Part shown: positions 1 through 12,465 of the stretch, piece after piece
Position numbering within the stretch: position 1 is the stretch's first letter
Layout of the letters: each line of letters begins with the position of its first letter
Source of the DNA: Octopus sinensis
Taxonomy: Eukaryota
NCBI RefSeq assembly: GCF_006345805.1
Contig: NC_043000.1
Coordinates: forward strand, 152,024,001 to 152,088,000
Direction: 5' to 3'
DNA length: 64,000 nucleotides
Program-made: the position numbers and the translations under genes
The notes under the pieces: model-generated
The model's database searches: none
Seen by the model: the letters and a program-made list of their open reading frames with translations, nothing else
What the model was told of the DNA's origin: nothing

Positions 1-252
1 GACCGTTTGCCAGACTCGTCTGGCACCTGTAGCGCCGCCCCGACTGGACTCGTGCCGGTGGCAGGTAAACGAACCATCCGTTCGTGGCCGTTGCCAGCCT
101 CGCCTGGCCCTTGTGCCGGTGGCACAAAAAAAGCACCATCCGATCGTGGCCGTTTGCCAGACTCGTCTGGCACCTGTACCGGTGGCATGTAAAAAGCACC
201 CACTACACTCATGGAGTGGTTGGCATTAGGAAGGGCATCCAGCCGTAGAAAC
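1..252 (+). mobile_element. SINE-like family 3 (internal gtgccggtggcacgtaaaaagcacc units; RTE-like 3' end), truncated
   Basis: Tandem units followed by gtggttggcattaggaagggcatccagc. Confidence 0.8.
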
Positions 253-1022
253 ACATAAGACACAAGAGAATAACTGGCATGAGAAACCTTCTGTATTCTT
301 AACCAGTTATTTATACTGTGAACCTTATTTATCAAAAGTCATAACAAGCAGGGATTTTTACCATTGTGTTAAAATACTTTTAAAGTTACAAAAAAAATAT
401 TTTCACTGTTATCATGTAAATTACTGAGTCTGTAAACCTGCCCCCGTGTCTGCTTTGTCATTTTTGTTTTGCATAACTCCATATAATTTTTTGTTTAATG
501 TATAGTTTCTTTGAGGATTAGTCATTTGTCATTCTCATTATTTGAAATTTACGGTGTTCTTTGTATATTACTAAACCATCAAATAAACTAGCAACACAAT
601 CATGGAGACATGATGGTAGTTATTTATTATGTATAGTGGATATCATTTGTTGAATTTTCTATACTGGTCTGCATGAACTAGGTGATCCATAATTATAAGC
701 TTCCAATTTTTTCTGACCCCAAATAATTATTGGCATGACAATCCTTTATATCAACATTTGGTTTCACTTGATTCCTTCTCTTGTCTTACCTAGGATCATT
801 CCTTCTTGAGTTTTTACTTGCATAACTTGTTAACAACGAAAGATTTCTAGAATATTACATGAAAAGTTGGGACATGCGATTAATGTTGCATTTACAAGAG
901 ACAAAATTAATATAGCTATATTGTTCTATCAGATGATCTCCCTATCCTTCGTGCCATCAGTTTGGTTATTATGATCCATTGTACTGTTTCCAGACAGGTG
1001 GTTGGTAAAACAAACAGTTGTG

Positions 1023-1413
1023 GAGGCGCAATGGCCCAGTGGTTAGGGCAGCAGACTCGCGGTCATAGGATCGCGGTTTCGATTCCTAGACCAGGCGTTG
1101 TGAGTGTTTATTGAGCGAAAACACCTAAAAGCTACACGAGGCTCCGGCAGGGGGTGGTGGTGATCCCTGCTGTACTCTTTCACCACAACTTTCTCTCACT
1201 CTTACTTCCTGTTTCTGTTGTACCTGTATTTCAAGGGGCCGGCCTTGTCCCTCTCTGTGTCACGCTGAATATCCCCGAGAACTACGTTAAGGGTGCACGT
1301 GTCTGTGGAGTGCTCAGCCACTTACACGTTAATTTCACGAGCAGGCTGTTCCGTTGATTCGGATCAACCGGAACCCTCATCGTCGTAACCGATGGAGTGC
1401 TTCCATCCATCCA
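1023..1413 (+). mobile_element. tRNA(Arg)-derived SINE (family 1)
   Basis: Head ggcgcaatggcccagtggttaggg (A box) ...ctcgcgg... ggtttcgattcc (B box). Near-identical copy at 16122. Flanked by a 51-bp duplication. Confidence 0.88.
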
Positions 1414-2314
1414 TATTATGATCCATTGTACTGTTTTCAGACAGGTGGTTGGTAAAACAAACAGCTAGTCAAACACATACTTTCAAAATAGTCTCTCTCT
1501 ACTCCCATTCAATGAAATATCCAACTTTTGTCTCATCTATTAACTGTAATGGACCTTGTTCATAACAAATAGTTAAATTTTCCTTGCTACTGTAGTTTTC
1601 CTACTTGGTTTGTTATTAAATGTGGTATACAAAGCAGCTGTTACCTGGGTTAGGTACTTTGACCCAAATAATTAAATGACACCTACTAATAATTACTACT
1701 TTAAAACATTGTTATTAGATGGCTGCTTGCAACATCCTTACATGACAATCTATACTTACTTTTTCAAACCATAAGTATCAAATTCATAATTAAAATGTAA
1801 AGATCTGGTTAATGCCAAAATTATATACTTAGTGTTGTATGTTGATATAAACTTGGGATTCCAATTTGAATAATTATGACCTGGATATTCTCATCAAAAT
1901 ATTCACTCTGTTGTTTCCATATATGACTACTTTGCCAAGTGTTTAATGGCTAGTCTTCATTAACTCGTTCAGTATTGCCAATGGCCATCGCACAAACAAT
2001 GCAACCACACTAAATATATTCATCATATGTCTACTATAACAGTATCAAGGCTATCTACACATCACTGCAACTGAATCTATCTCTGTTTCAATGTTACTTC
2101 ATTCTTACCAGATCACTTCATTGATTGTAATATCCTATTATTCAATATTGATGTGCTTCATTGCTTGTCAACCACAGATCCGTTATTCTCAAGTGCAGCA
2201 CCTTCTAGGTACACTACTCTAATTACACTCAGCTGTACAGATTCAAGCCTCATTTATACTTCCTTGTACCTATACCTTGGTTCTTAATAATTGCTGGGTC
2301 ACCTGCTTGACAGT

Positions 2315-2697
2315 TGAAACTTTTAGCATTTAAACTGGCCATATCCAGCCTAAATATTCTACCTTTTGTTATGTTCAAGCAGGCCAGATCTGGCCTTTCA
2401 CATCTACGCTACAATTTCACACCATTGAAGTCTTGAAGTTGCAAGATAAAGCATGATTAATTCAAAACATTGTCAGTAAATAAGTATTACATTTGTCTGT
2501 GTAAAACGCACCCAGCACATTCTGCTAAGTGGTTGGCATTAGGAAGGCATCCAGCCATAGAAATCATGCTACAACAGACAGTTGGAGTCTGGACAGCTCT
2601 CTGCTAGCCAGCTCCATGTCAAACCATCCAATCCATGCCAGCATAGAAAGACAATGCTAATCAATGATGTGAGTACTCTGAATGCTAAAAGGGTTAA
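2315..2697 (-). mobile_element. piggyBac-type MITE family B, reverse orientation, interrupted by a SINE fragment (about 2505-2665)
   Basis: ttttagcatttaaactggccatat matches the reverse complement of the 19406 copy. Ends aatgctaaaagggTTAA. Confidence 0.6.
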
Positions 2698-2744
2698 AAA
2701 CTGCAAACACATTCTTGACTGTTTCACCTCTTCCATGAGATATA

Positions 2745-3128
2745 ACTCTTTTACTCTTTTACTTGTTTCAGTCATTTGACTGTGGCCATGCTGGGGCACC
2801 ACCTTTAGTCGAGCAAATCGACCCCAGGACTTATTCTTTGGAAGCCTAGTACTTATTCTATCGGTTTCTTTTGCCGAACCACTAAGTTACGGGGATATAA
2901 ACACACCTCCATTGGTTGTCAAGCGATGTTGGGGGAACAAACACAGATGCACAAACATATACACACACATACATATATATATACGACGGGCTTCTTTCAG
3001 TTTCTGTCTACCAAATCCATTCACAAGGCTTTGGTCAGCCATAGTAGAAGACACTTGCCTAAGGTGCCATGCAGTGGTAATGAACCTGGAACCATGTGGT
3101 TGGTAAACAAGCTACTTACCACACAGCC
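2745..3128 (-). mobile_element. tRNA-derived SINE family 2 (internal microsatellite)
   Basis: Reverse complement of ggctgtgtggtaag...ccttgggcaagtgtcttctactat...(TA/TG)n...ccagcatggcc...gactgaaacaagtaaaagag. Confidence 0.85.
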
Positions 3129-3267
3129 AAAACTTTTGTTAAATATTTTTTTTTTTTTTTCAAAATGGTTTTGATATGCTAAATTCCTTATTTTAATTTA
3201 ATCATATTTCAAAATCTTAGAAAATGTTACACATTATTCTAATTCAATTTTTCCTCTTCATTCCAAG

Positions 3268-3353
3268 GGACAAGCTTGGTTAAGAGTTGTACTGATGGAA
3301 AAGAGATTATCTGAATATCTATCTGAAGCTCTGAAGCAAACTAGGATAACAAA
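3268..3353 (+). CDS. RUNDC3B: RUN domain-containing protein 3 (RUNDC3A/B, RPIP8 family), internal exon (first in window)
   Basis: Acceptor ttcattccaag, donor gtaagt. Encodes GQAWLRVVLMEKRLSEYLSEALKQTRIT(K), matching the RUN-domain segment GRAWIRVALMEKRLSEY of vertebrate RUNDC3. 86 nt, ends in phase 2. The A versus B paralogue assignment cannot be resolved. Confidence 0.93.
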
Positions 3354-3542
3354 GTAAGTTTTTGTATCAGAAAATTATCATTTATAATTTTTTAATTACA
3401 AATTTTCATGATAGTTAATTACAGTCTTAATTGGTTTATTTGTTGCATATATCAGGGTTTTTAAAAAAATTTTCATTTAGTATGAATATTTTTTTAGGTG
3501 TGGTAAGTCAGATATTGCAATGTACATAACTATATATCATAG

Positions 3543-3830
3543 AGGCGCAATGGCCCAGTGGTGAGGGTAGCGGACTCGCGGTCGTAGGATCGCGGTTTCG
3601 ATTCCCAGACCGGGTGTTGTGTGTGTTTATTGAGCGAAAACACCTAAAAGCTCCACGACGCTCCGGCAGGGGGTGGTGATCCCTGCTGTACTCTTTCACC
3701 ACTCTTTCTCTCACTCTTTCGTCTGTTGGCCTGCTCGCTTAGCCAGCGGGGTGGCGTCATTCAAAGGCTAAAACAATGTGAACGCATTGTGACCAGCGAT
3801 GTGTAGCAACATCGGTCGGTCTCATGATCA
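3543..3830 (+). mobile_element. tRNA(Arg)-derived SINE (family 1 head, different tail)
   Basis: Same head and body as the 1023 copy up to tttctctcactct, then an unrelated 3' part. Confidence 0.85.
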
Positions 3831-4169
3831 TAACTATATATCTTTATTACTTATTTTATCATCTCTGAAAGGCCAAATTAATCTTGATGTGATCTAACTT
3901 CAGAACCTCGAAGCAGCTAACTAGTTAGGCTGTCTATTTTATGTTACCTCGGCCTGTAGTGTGTTGCTAATGGTTAGCACTAAAGTTATAGACCCCTAGA
4001 AAGATGTATCCATATCCCTGCTTTGATTGTTAGTGTTTGGCATTAAACTCAACCTCTAACTCTAACCTCCTATTGCCCTCATCACACTACTATTAACTTA
4101 TGCACCCATACCTCCCCATACTCAGTTCATATTTTCTTGTATATTCTTGTATATTCACCTGGCCCTCGT

Positions 4170-4487
4170 AACGCCTGGCCCCCGTGCCGGTGGCACGTAA
4201 AAGCACCATCCGATCGTGGCACGTAAAAAGCACCATCCGATCGTGGCACGTAAAAAGCACCATCCGTTCGTGGCCGTTTGCCAGCTCCGTCTGGCACCTG
4301 TGCCAGTGGCACGTGAAAAGCACCCACTACACTCACGGAGTGGTTGGCGTTAGGAAGGGCATCCAGCCATAGAAACACTGCCAGATCAGACTGGAGTGGT
4401 GCAGCCTTCTGGCTTCCCAGACCCCTGTTGAACCGTCCAACCCATGCTAGCATGGAAAGCGGACGCTAAATGATGATGATGATGATT
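4170..4487 (+). mobile_element. SINE-like family 3
   Basis: Tandem units, ggaagggcatccagc core, ccatgctagcatggaaagcggacg end and (GAT)n tail. Confidence 0.85.
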
Positions 4488-5347
4488 CACCTTGTGGTAC
4501 CCTGAGAGTACAATCTGACACCTCATCACCAACATTTTTATCTTCTTTCCACTTACTCCCACCTATTCATATATAATATGAGGTTGTAGTAGGGCATATT
4601 TACCTGCCCCTCTATCATACTTTAGCATCTCAACACCTGGTATAAAACAACCTCACCTCCACTACCACTCCACTAAGTTGAGGGGGATTTTTTCCTCTTT
4701 TTCTTTGTCTTGCAATTGCAAGACAAAGAAAACTCACTAGTGCTGCTGTCATGGAAAAAAGCACTTTGTACACTCTGTAAAGCAACTGGCAATAGGGAAG
4801 GCATCCAGCCATAGAAACCATGGAGCTCAACACAGGCCTCCAGCTTATCAGATCCTCTCAAAAATCCAACCTTTGCCAACATCGAAAATGGATGTTAAAT
4901 GATAATGATGGCGACAATAGTGATGATGATGATGACAATGATTAATTGATTTGTTTTCTAAAATCATTAAAGCGCATCTTTCTAAACACATTTGTGGAGG
5001 TTTTATTTCACAGAAGTAATCACTCTATAATGTCATTATGTAATAATGCATAGTTTTTAAATGAGTTTCTGAAATGTTATTTAAATCTAAGTGATTGGTT
5101 AGAACATAGCATATGAATTTTGAGTCAGTTTTGCCCTCAGAGCTTACTCACAAGTAAAGGTAGTCAAAAGCTATTTTGCTTTTTCAAGTAACAGAATAAA
5201 TATTTTAAATCAAGCAGTTTCAGTTTGTAAATTTTATCATGTGCTGGATTAAAACCATATTTATCACAAATTGTTATTCAAGTTATAATTAATATAGTTA
5301 TTTATAATTTACTTCTCATTAATAGATCCATGTGGTTTTCATTTCAG

Positions 5348-5437
5348 GAACTTCTATCAAGAAGGTGCTGTTATGTTGTCTGATGATGCAAAAATGCTGT
5401 GTGATACCTTACTTGGAATGAATGCCATTGACTTCAG
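5348..5437 (+). CDS. RUNDC3B: RUNDC3-family exon
   Basis: Acceptor ttttcatttcag, donor gtttgt. Encodes NFYQEGAVMLSDDAKMLCDTLLGMNAIDF(S), homologous to RFYDSGAIML...LIGLSAIDFS. Phase 2-2, in frame with its neighbours. Confidence 0.93.
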
Positions 5438-6475
5438 GTTTGTTGATCTAACCATTACAAAAACAATTGTCTCAATAAATCAATATATTTTCTCAGAAAT
5501 TAGACATGAAGTATTGACCTCTGGAAATTGTATATAAAATCATGTATAAACTATATGTCTTTTTCTCTTCAATAAAAAGTATTTGGAAGTTCATTGAATT
5601 ATATTCATAGTCTTGTAAATAAAATAGGTTGTTTGTATAAAAGAAATGAAGAAATAAAAGATAGGATTTACATACAATGCATGTGTGTGTGTCTGTGTTA
5701 GGTCCTCTTTTCAGTTGTCACTGATTGAAGTCTTAAGTTTGAAATTTCTTCCTCCCACTGTTACCTGACATCTGATATTGTAAAATACTCAAAGTATTAT
5801 TTTTCAATCCATTTTTCTTTAAAATTTCTTTAAAACTGTGACTGTGTAAATTATGCTGGCTCTGATGTAAATAACAAACCTTTGTACAATCACTTGAAAC
5901 TATTCTAACTGTATTGATATGGTGTTGTGTGAATTGTGTTACTTGACAAAGCTATTTCGTATTTTATTGATGGTTATTGTAGTACACTGTGTTGGTATAG
6001 TTCTTGCATAGCTGTGTGGTTGAGAAATTCACATTCCAACTGTGTAGTTTCAGGTTCAGTCCTATTGCTCAATACCTTACACAAGTGACATTTACTATAG
6101 CCTTTGGCCAGCTAATGCCTTGTGAGTGAATTTGGTAGACAGAAACTGAAAGACCATGTTGTATGTGTGTGTGTATGTATGTGTGTATGATTACATCTTC
6201 AATCACTTGTACAAAAGTATAGCAAACAGTGTTGTCAAATTTTTTCTCTCAACAAATCATCTTGGCAGTTTATGCCTTCAAAACTCTGTGGAATAAGTGA
6301 GTCCTTACTAAAAAAAAAAAACCCAGGTAAGAGTTGTAATCAGGATGGGAATCAGGTTGTAAAACATTGCCTCAAATAACATATTCGTTCAATCCATACA
6401 AGCATGGAAAAATGAAGGTAAAATGGTTAATAATACATATCAGCTGTATAATTAAGAATTTTACTTCAAAACTAT

Positions 6476-6885
6476 TACTCTTTTACTTGTTTCACTCATT
6501 TGACTGCAGCCATGCTGGAGCACTGCCTTTAATCGAGCAACTCGACCCCGGGACTTATTCATTTTGTAAGCCCAGTACTTATTCTATCGGTCTGTTTTGC
6601 CGAACTGCTAAGTGACGGGGACGTAAACACACACCAGCATCGGTTGTCAAGCAATGCTAGAGGGACAAACACAGACACACAAACACACACACATACATAT
6701 ATATATATGTACATATATACGACAGGCTTCTTTCAGTTTCCGTCTACCAAATCCACTCACAAGGCTTTGGTTGGCCTGAGGGTATAGTAGAAGACACTTG
6801 CCCAAGGTACCACGCAGTGGAACTGAACCCGGAACCATGTGGTTTGTAAGCAAGCTACTTACCACACAGCCACTCCTGCGCCTAT
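6476..6885 (-). mobile_element. SINE family 2
   Basis: Full-length copy of the same family. Confidence 0.88.
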
Positions 6886-7231
6886 GTTCCTTTTTTTTTA
6901 AATATGCAACAAGTTAGGTAAATATTGCTTAGTTTTACCATGGGTTTTATGTTCTGAGTTCATATTCTGCCGGGATCAACTTTGCATTCCCTCCTTTCAG
7001 GGTCGATAAAATGTGCACTAGTTGAGCACTGGGGTTGAAGTAATTGACTAGTACCTTCCCACCAATATTTTAAGCCTTGTACCTATAACAGAATGAACTA
7101 TGTGAAAGCCCATTATACACACATATATTTAAAGTGTTTGTGTATACTGGTGTAAACCAGTGTACCAAGTTACATCCCTTACATGAAAAGGTAGCATAAC
7201 TAGTTGATAAATGGACATCAATAAAATAAAT

Positions 7232-7514
7232 CAATTGCAGCGTGGAAGGTGTTTGTAAGCCATTTAAGAAACACACAAAAGCCGTTGGATTCACTTCAAC
7301 ATTTAAGTTTAATTTGTCAAAATATTTTTGTCGCTAAAATCCGCGACCTGTTCACTGACGAAAATCCGTGATGCAGCATGGATTTTTGTCAGTGAACAGG
7401 TCGCGGATTTTAGTGATGAAAATATTTTGACAAATTAAATTTAAATGTTGAAGTGAATCTAATGGTTTTGTGTGTTTCTTAAATGGCTTACAAACACCTT
7501 CCATGCTGCAATTG
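7232..7514. repeat. Long palindrome, probable inverted pair of Penelope-like pseudo-LTRs carrying minimal hammerhead motifs
   Basis: About 138-bp arms (caattgcagcgtggaagg... / ...ccttccatgctgcaattg) around a 6-nt loop near 7371-7376. Most mismatches are transitions. Confidence 0.85.
7385..7434 (+). ncRNA. Candidate minimal type I hammerhead ribozyme, G3:C8 core variant
   Basis: Stem I tttgtca/tgacaaa; core GUGAACA (7392-7398); stem II gtcgc/gtgat with loop ggatttta; GAA; palindromic AATATT; H17=U at 7427. Confidence 0.5.
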
Positions 7515-8065
7515 TTTTCGTTCCAGCACACGATCTCAGATCAAATCACTTGCTATGCGAGTACATCTCCTTAATAAAATAAATGTCAGACTGAAACAGT
7601 ACTGTGGTCAACACAGTTGTCTTTCTAGACAATCCTTGAAGGCAATAAGGCTCTTCAATGGCTGTAGTCCAATGACTGAATCCATCAAGAAAAAAAAAAA
7701 AACGTTTACACATGTAAACAGGTTTTGATCAGATTTTTTTTTGTTTTTATATTTTCAATGGTCATTGTTTCACTTCTGTAGTTTTTCTATTCACAGTTTT
7801 ATTAACAATAGCATGCAATAACAATAATGTATATAATTATTTTTTTGTTTTTAATATTTTTGGTTCACTGTACAATGCTTATTTTTTTCAAGTTGAATTT
7901 GCACCTAAAATTAAATCCTCAAATCACACTGACTTTCCCATAATGACAAAGAAAATCCAATTTGTTGTGAAGGGAGACAAAATTATTTCTTAATCATTGG
8001 TGTAATTTTTTAAAAGTTGTGTGAACCTAAACAATGCCATACACTTAGATTTTTTTTTTTTTTAT

Positions 8066-8452
8066 CTCTTTTTTTACTTGTTTCAGTCATTTGACTGCGG
8101 CCATGCTAGAGCACCGCTTTTAGTCGAGCAAATCGACCCCGGGACTTATTCTTTGTAAGCCCAGTACTTATTCTATCGGTTTCTTTTGCCGAACTGCTAA
8201 GTGACGGGGACGTAAACACACCAGCATCGGTTGTCAAGCAATGCTAGGGGGACAAACACACACATACACACACACATATATAAACATATATACGACAGGC
8301 TTCTTTCAGTTTCCGTCTACCAAATCCACTCACAAGGCATTGGTCGGCCCGGGGCTATAGCAGAAGACACTTGCCGAAGATGCCATGCAGTGGGACTGAA
8401 CCCGGAACCATGTGGTCGGCTAGCAAGCTACTTACCACACAGCCACTCCTGC
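8066..8452 (-). mobile_element. SINE family 2
   Basis: Full-length copy. Confidence 0.88.
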
Positions 8453-8685
8453 TAGTAATACAAAATTTGATGCAATGTGTGTGTGTATGTGTGTTCAGAA
8501 ACCATTAAAAAGAAAAGATAAGAAAGAGTAAGTGAGGGCTTCAAGAAATCTTGAGAAAGTGAGTGAAAAACTTTGCTAAAGAGAGGGGCTGATACATGCT
8601 ATTATGAAATTATATTTTCAGGTAATTCTTGAAAAGAGCTCACACATATAAAAACGTGTTTTTTTTTTGTCTTTGTTTTTTTCAG

Positions 8686-8766
8686 CTTTTGTTTGAAAGG
8701 AGAGAACATTGAATTACTTGGCCCAATTGCTGTTGACTACACTCCATATTTACAATATTTTTCTAG
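8686..8766 (+). CDS. RUNDC3B: RUNDC3-family exon
   Basis: Long polypyrimidine tract plus cag, donor gtaaaa. Encodes FCLKGENIELLGPIAVDYTPYLQYFS, matching FCLKGE...VIDYTPYLKF. Phase 2-2. Confidence 0.93.
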
Positions 8767-9117
8767 GTAAAACTTTTATCTCCGTTTTGCTTTTCTTGTT
8801 AATGTTTTTTAACAATACACGAAATACCATTTATCTTATTACTAGTTGTGTAACCCACCTTCACATTTATCTAGAAAAAAATATAGCAAAACCTTAATGT
8901 TTGAATTTAGGGACTGTTCTAGAAAGGAAATTTTACAGGGTTAAGTCAAAATTAGGAATAATTTCGCTTCTACAGCATTAGTTGATTTACAATTCCTTTA
9001 ATCATAAATTCTTGCAAGCTAACCAACCAACAATAAATTAACATCCATTTGTGTTTGTGTGATAGTCATCATTATTATCTTCATCATCATCATCACCATT
9101 TCATACCACAAGTCTAT

Positions 9118-9326
9118 GGTTGTCGGAGCACTGCATCCTTCAAGACTTCCATGCTTCCTGAGATTCGCCAACACTACACTTGATTTTCTCCCCTCCATAC
9201 ACACACAAGCATGTTCACTTTCCAGACATTTCTACATTACTGCATGTACTTTATATGCACTTTCTGACAAGTTGTGGTGCACCTGAGCACTGTATACAAT
9301 AATTTCATTATTATTATTATTATTAT
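9118..9326 (+). mobile_element. CR1-type LINE 3' fragment
   Basis: Same 3' UTR and (ATT)n tail as 49960-50378. Confidence 0.8.
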
Positions 9327-10127
9327 GGTCTTGGCAGATCATTATGGTTCACATCAGTCCTTATTTGAAGTTACCAATGGATTAGGGGCCACATCTTTCT
9401 CACACATTCCATCTTTAGTGTGGTTTCTATGTCTAGATTCTCTTCCTCTTACCAGTCCCTTTACAGTGACTACTTACAGAGTAATCCAAATCTAAAGATA
9501 CCTTTTTGCCCCATGTTATCTCTGTTCCTTCAACAGCACCAGAGCAGATGTTTTACACCACCAGCAAGACTAAAGAGAATCCCCTCATATTGTCTCTCTT
9601 AATTCATCCCTTTCTCACACAACTGGGTGAGAAGAGAACCAGAGTAAGAAAGTGACAGAAAAGTAAAAGAAAAAAAACCAGAGTGATAAGAGCAAGAGGT
9701 TGATAGAAGATGAAAGAGAAAGAGAGATACAAACAGCTACATGATGGTTGTTGATTAGGAGGTTGGATTGAAGCCACACGAATGAGAGAATTAGGAAAAA
9801 GAATGAGAGAGAGAAAGAAACCAGTGACACAGTGTGGGATGTGCTGGGTGTGTGAACTACATGGGGCAGCTATTTTACAGACATGTGTTTGCTGTTGTCA
9901 AGGGTATGTTATGTTTAAGGAAGGGGACAACCAACATGGCTGCTGTATAGAGTGGCTAAAACCCATGCTATGCCACTGAGAGGAATAAGAAAAAAAAAAA
10001 CTGAGTGATAGGAACAATATGATGGAACAGAGTTACATGACGATTATTGGTAAGGAGTGGTATGATGAAGAAAGAAGAGAAATGGAAGCAGGAGTACTGA
10101 AACACAGAGAGGGTGGTGTGGTAAGGA

Positions 10128-10342
10128 TGGTGGCGAGCTGGCAGAAACGTTAGCATGCCGGGCGAAATGCATAGCCGTATTTCGTCTGCCGTTACATTGT
10201 GAGTTCAAATTCCGCCGAGGTTGACTTTGCCTTTCATCCTTTTGGAGTCGATTAAATAAGTACCAGTTACGCACTGGAGTCGATATAATCGACTTAATCT
10301 GTGTGTCTCCCCTTGTTTGTCCTCTCTGTGTTTAGCCCCTTG
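10128..10342 (+). mobile_element. tRNA-derived SINE family 4 (MESC-like central domain)
   Basis: ggcgagctggcagaaacgttag...gagttcaaattcc (B box)...gactttgcctttcatcctttt.g.gtcgattaaataagtacc. Related copies at about 47530-47742, 45112-45300, 17780-17960 (-) and 6910-7090. Confidence 0.78.
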
Positions 10343-10595
10343 TGGGTAGTAAAGAAATAGGTATTTTGTTAGCCCTTTTCATCTTTACTTTAATATCTGC
10401 TGAAGTGTTAGAGTGTCAGACAAAATGATGTCCTCTGTTCAAATTCTACTGAAAATCATTTTACCATTCAGCCTTCCAGGGTCCATAAAATAAGTACCAA
10501 TTAAGTATTGGGTCTGGGTTAATTGACTAATTTGTGGTCTTGTGCCAGTGTCAAAAATTGATATTTACTGTATTTTTTTCTTTCTCTTTTTGTAG

Positions 10596-10743
10596 TTCAG
10601 AGAGTATTGAAGCAGACTTAAGGGACTTCACTAATTCTAATAGTAGTAGCAGTCTTTTGAATGCTGAAAACTTGAATGAAGATTCATGGCGAATGAAATA
10701 CTATAAGCTGGAAGCTAACTACAAGATAATCCATGAACAGAAG
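10596..10743 (+). CDS. RUNDC3B: RUNDC3-family exon (linker and start of coiled coil)
   Basis: Acceptor tctttttgtag, donor gtaaat. Encodes SESIEADLRDFTNSN...SWRMKYYKLEANYKIIHEQK, matching the W..KY.KMEQKFRIVYAQK-type motif. Phase 2-0. Confidence 0.9.
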
Positions 10744-10794
10744 GTAAATATTTTGATATATAATTGATGATAAAGAAATCATGAAATAGAAACT

Positions 10795-11035
10795 AATGTT
10801 CTTCTGAAAGGCATAACTCAAATATAAGACAGAGGAGACTGCGGTTAGCTGGACATGCTCACCATCATTCAGAGTTGATACTGCACTCTATGCTCCTGTG
10901 GGGCCCCTACATGAACATACTAGAAGAGGGAGACTGAAGATGACATATGTTGATGCCCCAAGGACAGACACTGGTCTCTGGGAGACACAGGATATGGCAG
11001 CAATGATGAGGGACAAAGACCACTTTGGATCTTGG
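10795..11035 (+). mobile_element. RTE/RTE-X LINE C-terminal fragment
   Basis: RQRRLRLAGHA...HEHTRRGRLKMTYVD...DTGLWETQDMAAMMRDKDHF resembles the RTE ORF C-terminus (RRLRFAGH...RGRP..TY.D...M.DR..W). Confidence 0.65.
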
Positions 11036-11793
11036 TAATTTTACCTGCCATAGATAGATATAGTAAACAAAAATGAATGTATAGTTGAAAACATCACTGC
11101 ACACATTTCACTAGCATGGTTTAATTCATGGTAAAATACTTGGGAGAATATCATCTGATGAGATGGCAAGTATGTAAAAATATGAATTTACATAATGTTA
11201 ACCTATTATGTAATGAACTTGTATTTGAATCAAACCATGCTACTGAAATGCATGTAGTGATGTTTTAAACTGTACATTCGATTTTGTTTACTAAATTTTG
11301 CACTATGTAATATGTATCAATTATCCTTTGCAAGATACTTGGGACCAGTGAACACCTGTCTAACTCTGTATGGACTGCTAAATTGACCTGTTGAATTATC
11401 TGGAATTTTTCTGAGTAACCTGCTTTGCCAAAATGATGCAGGTGCCTCCTAGTTACCTGATCTGCCTTGATCTACTTGATCCTGTTTGTTTAATATATAT
11501 ATTTGTTAGCCTCAGGGAAGTGAGGTTAGAAGAGAGAATAAAGAGAATAAACAAGAAGTATTAGAGGTTATTGGTTGTAGAATCTAGATTCATGCTCCAA
11601 GTTTCTGGTTTCAATTTCTGCCAGGTCTAATTTTGTCTTTTGTTACTCTCTATCAAAAAAGCTTAGTAACTTTGACAAAAAAGAAAAGTCAATTGTAATT
11701 TCAAACTATATTAGTTTATTAACTGAGATTACAAAAATTTAAAACCAATGAAGATAGAGTTGTTTTTTATCCACATTTTATTGTTCTTTGCAG

Positions 11794-11951
11794 GGATACT
11801 TTGAAGAACTTGTTCGGTTAAGAGAGGACCAACTTCATGAAATTCATAAGCAGTATGAAAAGCATGTTGAGACGCTACGGTCTATGGAATCGGATGGAAT
11901 TCGAGAAAGATGTCAACTGGAATCTGTGATAATAGAGTTACAAGGACAATT
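11794..11951 (+). CDS. RUNDC3B: RUNDC3-family exon (coiled coil)
   Basis: Acceptor ttctttgcag, donor gtacgc. Encodes GYFEELVRLREDQL...ERCQLESVIIELQGQ(L), matching GYLEELVRLRESQL...ILELQEQL. Phase 0-2. Confidence 0.92.
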
Positions 11952-12184
11952 GTACGCATATAAGATTATATTTTCATAAATTTATGAATCTACTTTGAAA
12001 TCTTTTTCTGTTTCACATCCATTATTTTTTATGCCTGCAAAGTTGGGAAATTTAGACATCAGCATTTTGTGCAGAGTGATTTTATGATACATAGACATAC
12101 TTCAACTTCCTAACCATCAAGTAGAGGTAGTACCTAATATTAACTTGGTAGCCGAAAATAGGCTTTACCAAGGATCACAATACA

Positions 12185-12465
12185 TCATCATCATCATCGT
12201 TTAACGTCCGCTTTCCATGCTAGCATGGGTTGGACAGTTCAACTGGGGTCTGGCAAGCTCGAAGGCTGCACCAGGCCAGTCAGATCTGGCAGTGTTTCTA
12301 CAGCTGGATGCCCTTCCTAACGCCAACCACTCCGAGAGTGTAGTGGGTGATTTTATGTGCCACCGACACAGGTGCCAGGCGAGGCTGGCGAACGGCCACG
12401 CTCGGATGGTGTTTGTTACGTGCCCTCAGCACAGAGGCCAGTCGATGCGGTACTGGCTATGGCTA
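12185..12465 (-). mobile_element. SINE-like family 3
   Basis: Reverse-orientation copy with (CAT)n at its left end. Confidence 0.85.

Noticed and set aside
1023-1100. tRNA-Arg gene
   Set aside because: The cloverleaf is degenerate and continues into a SINE body present in several copies, so this is a SINE head.
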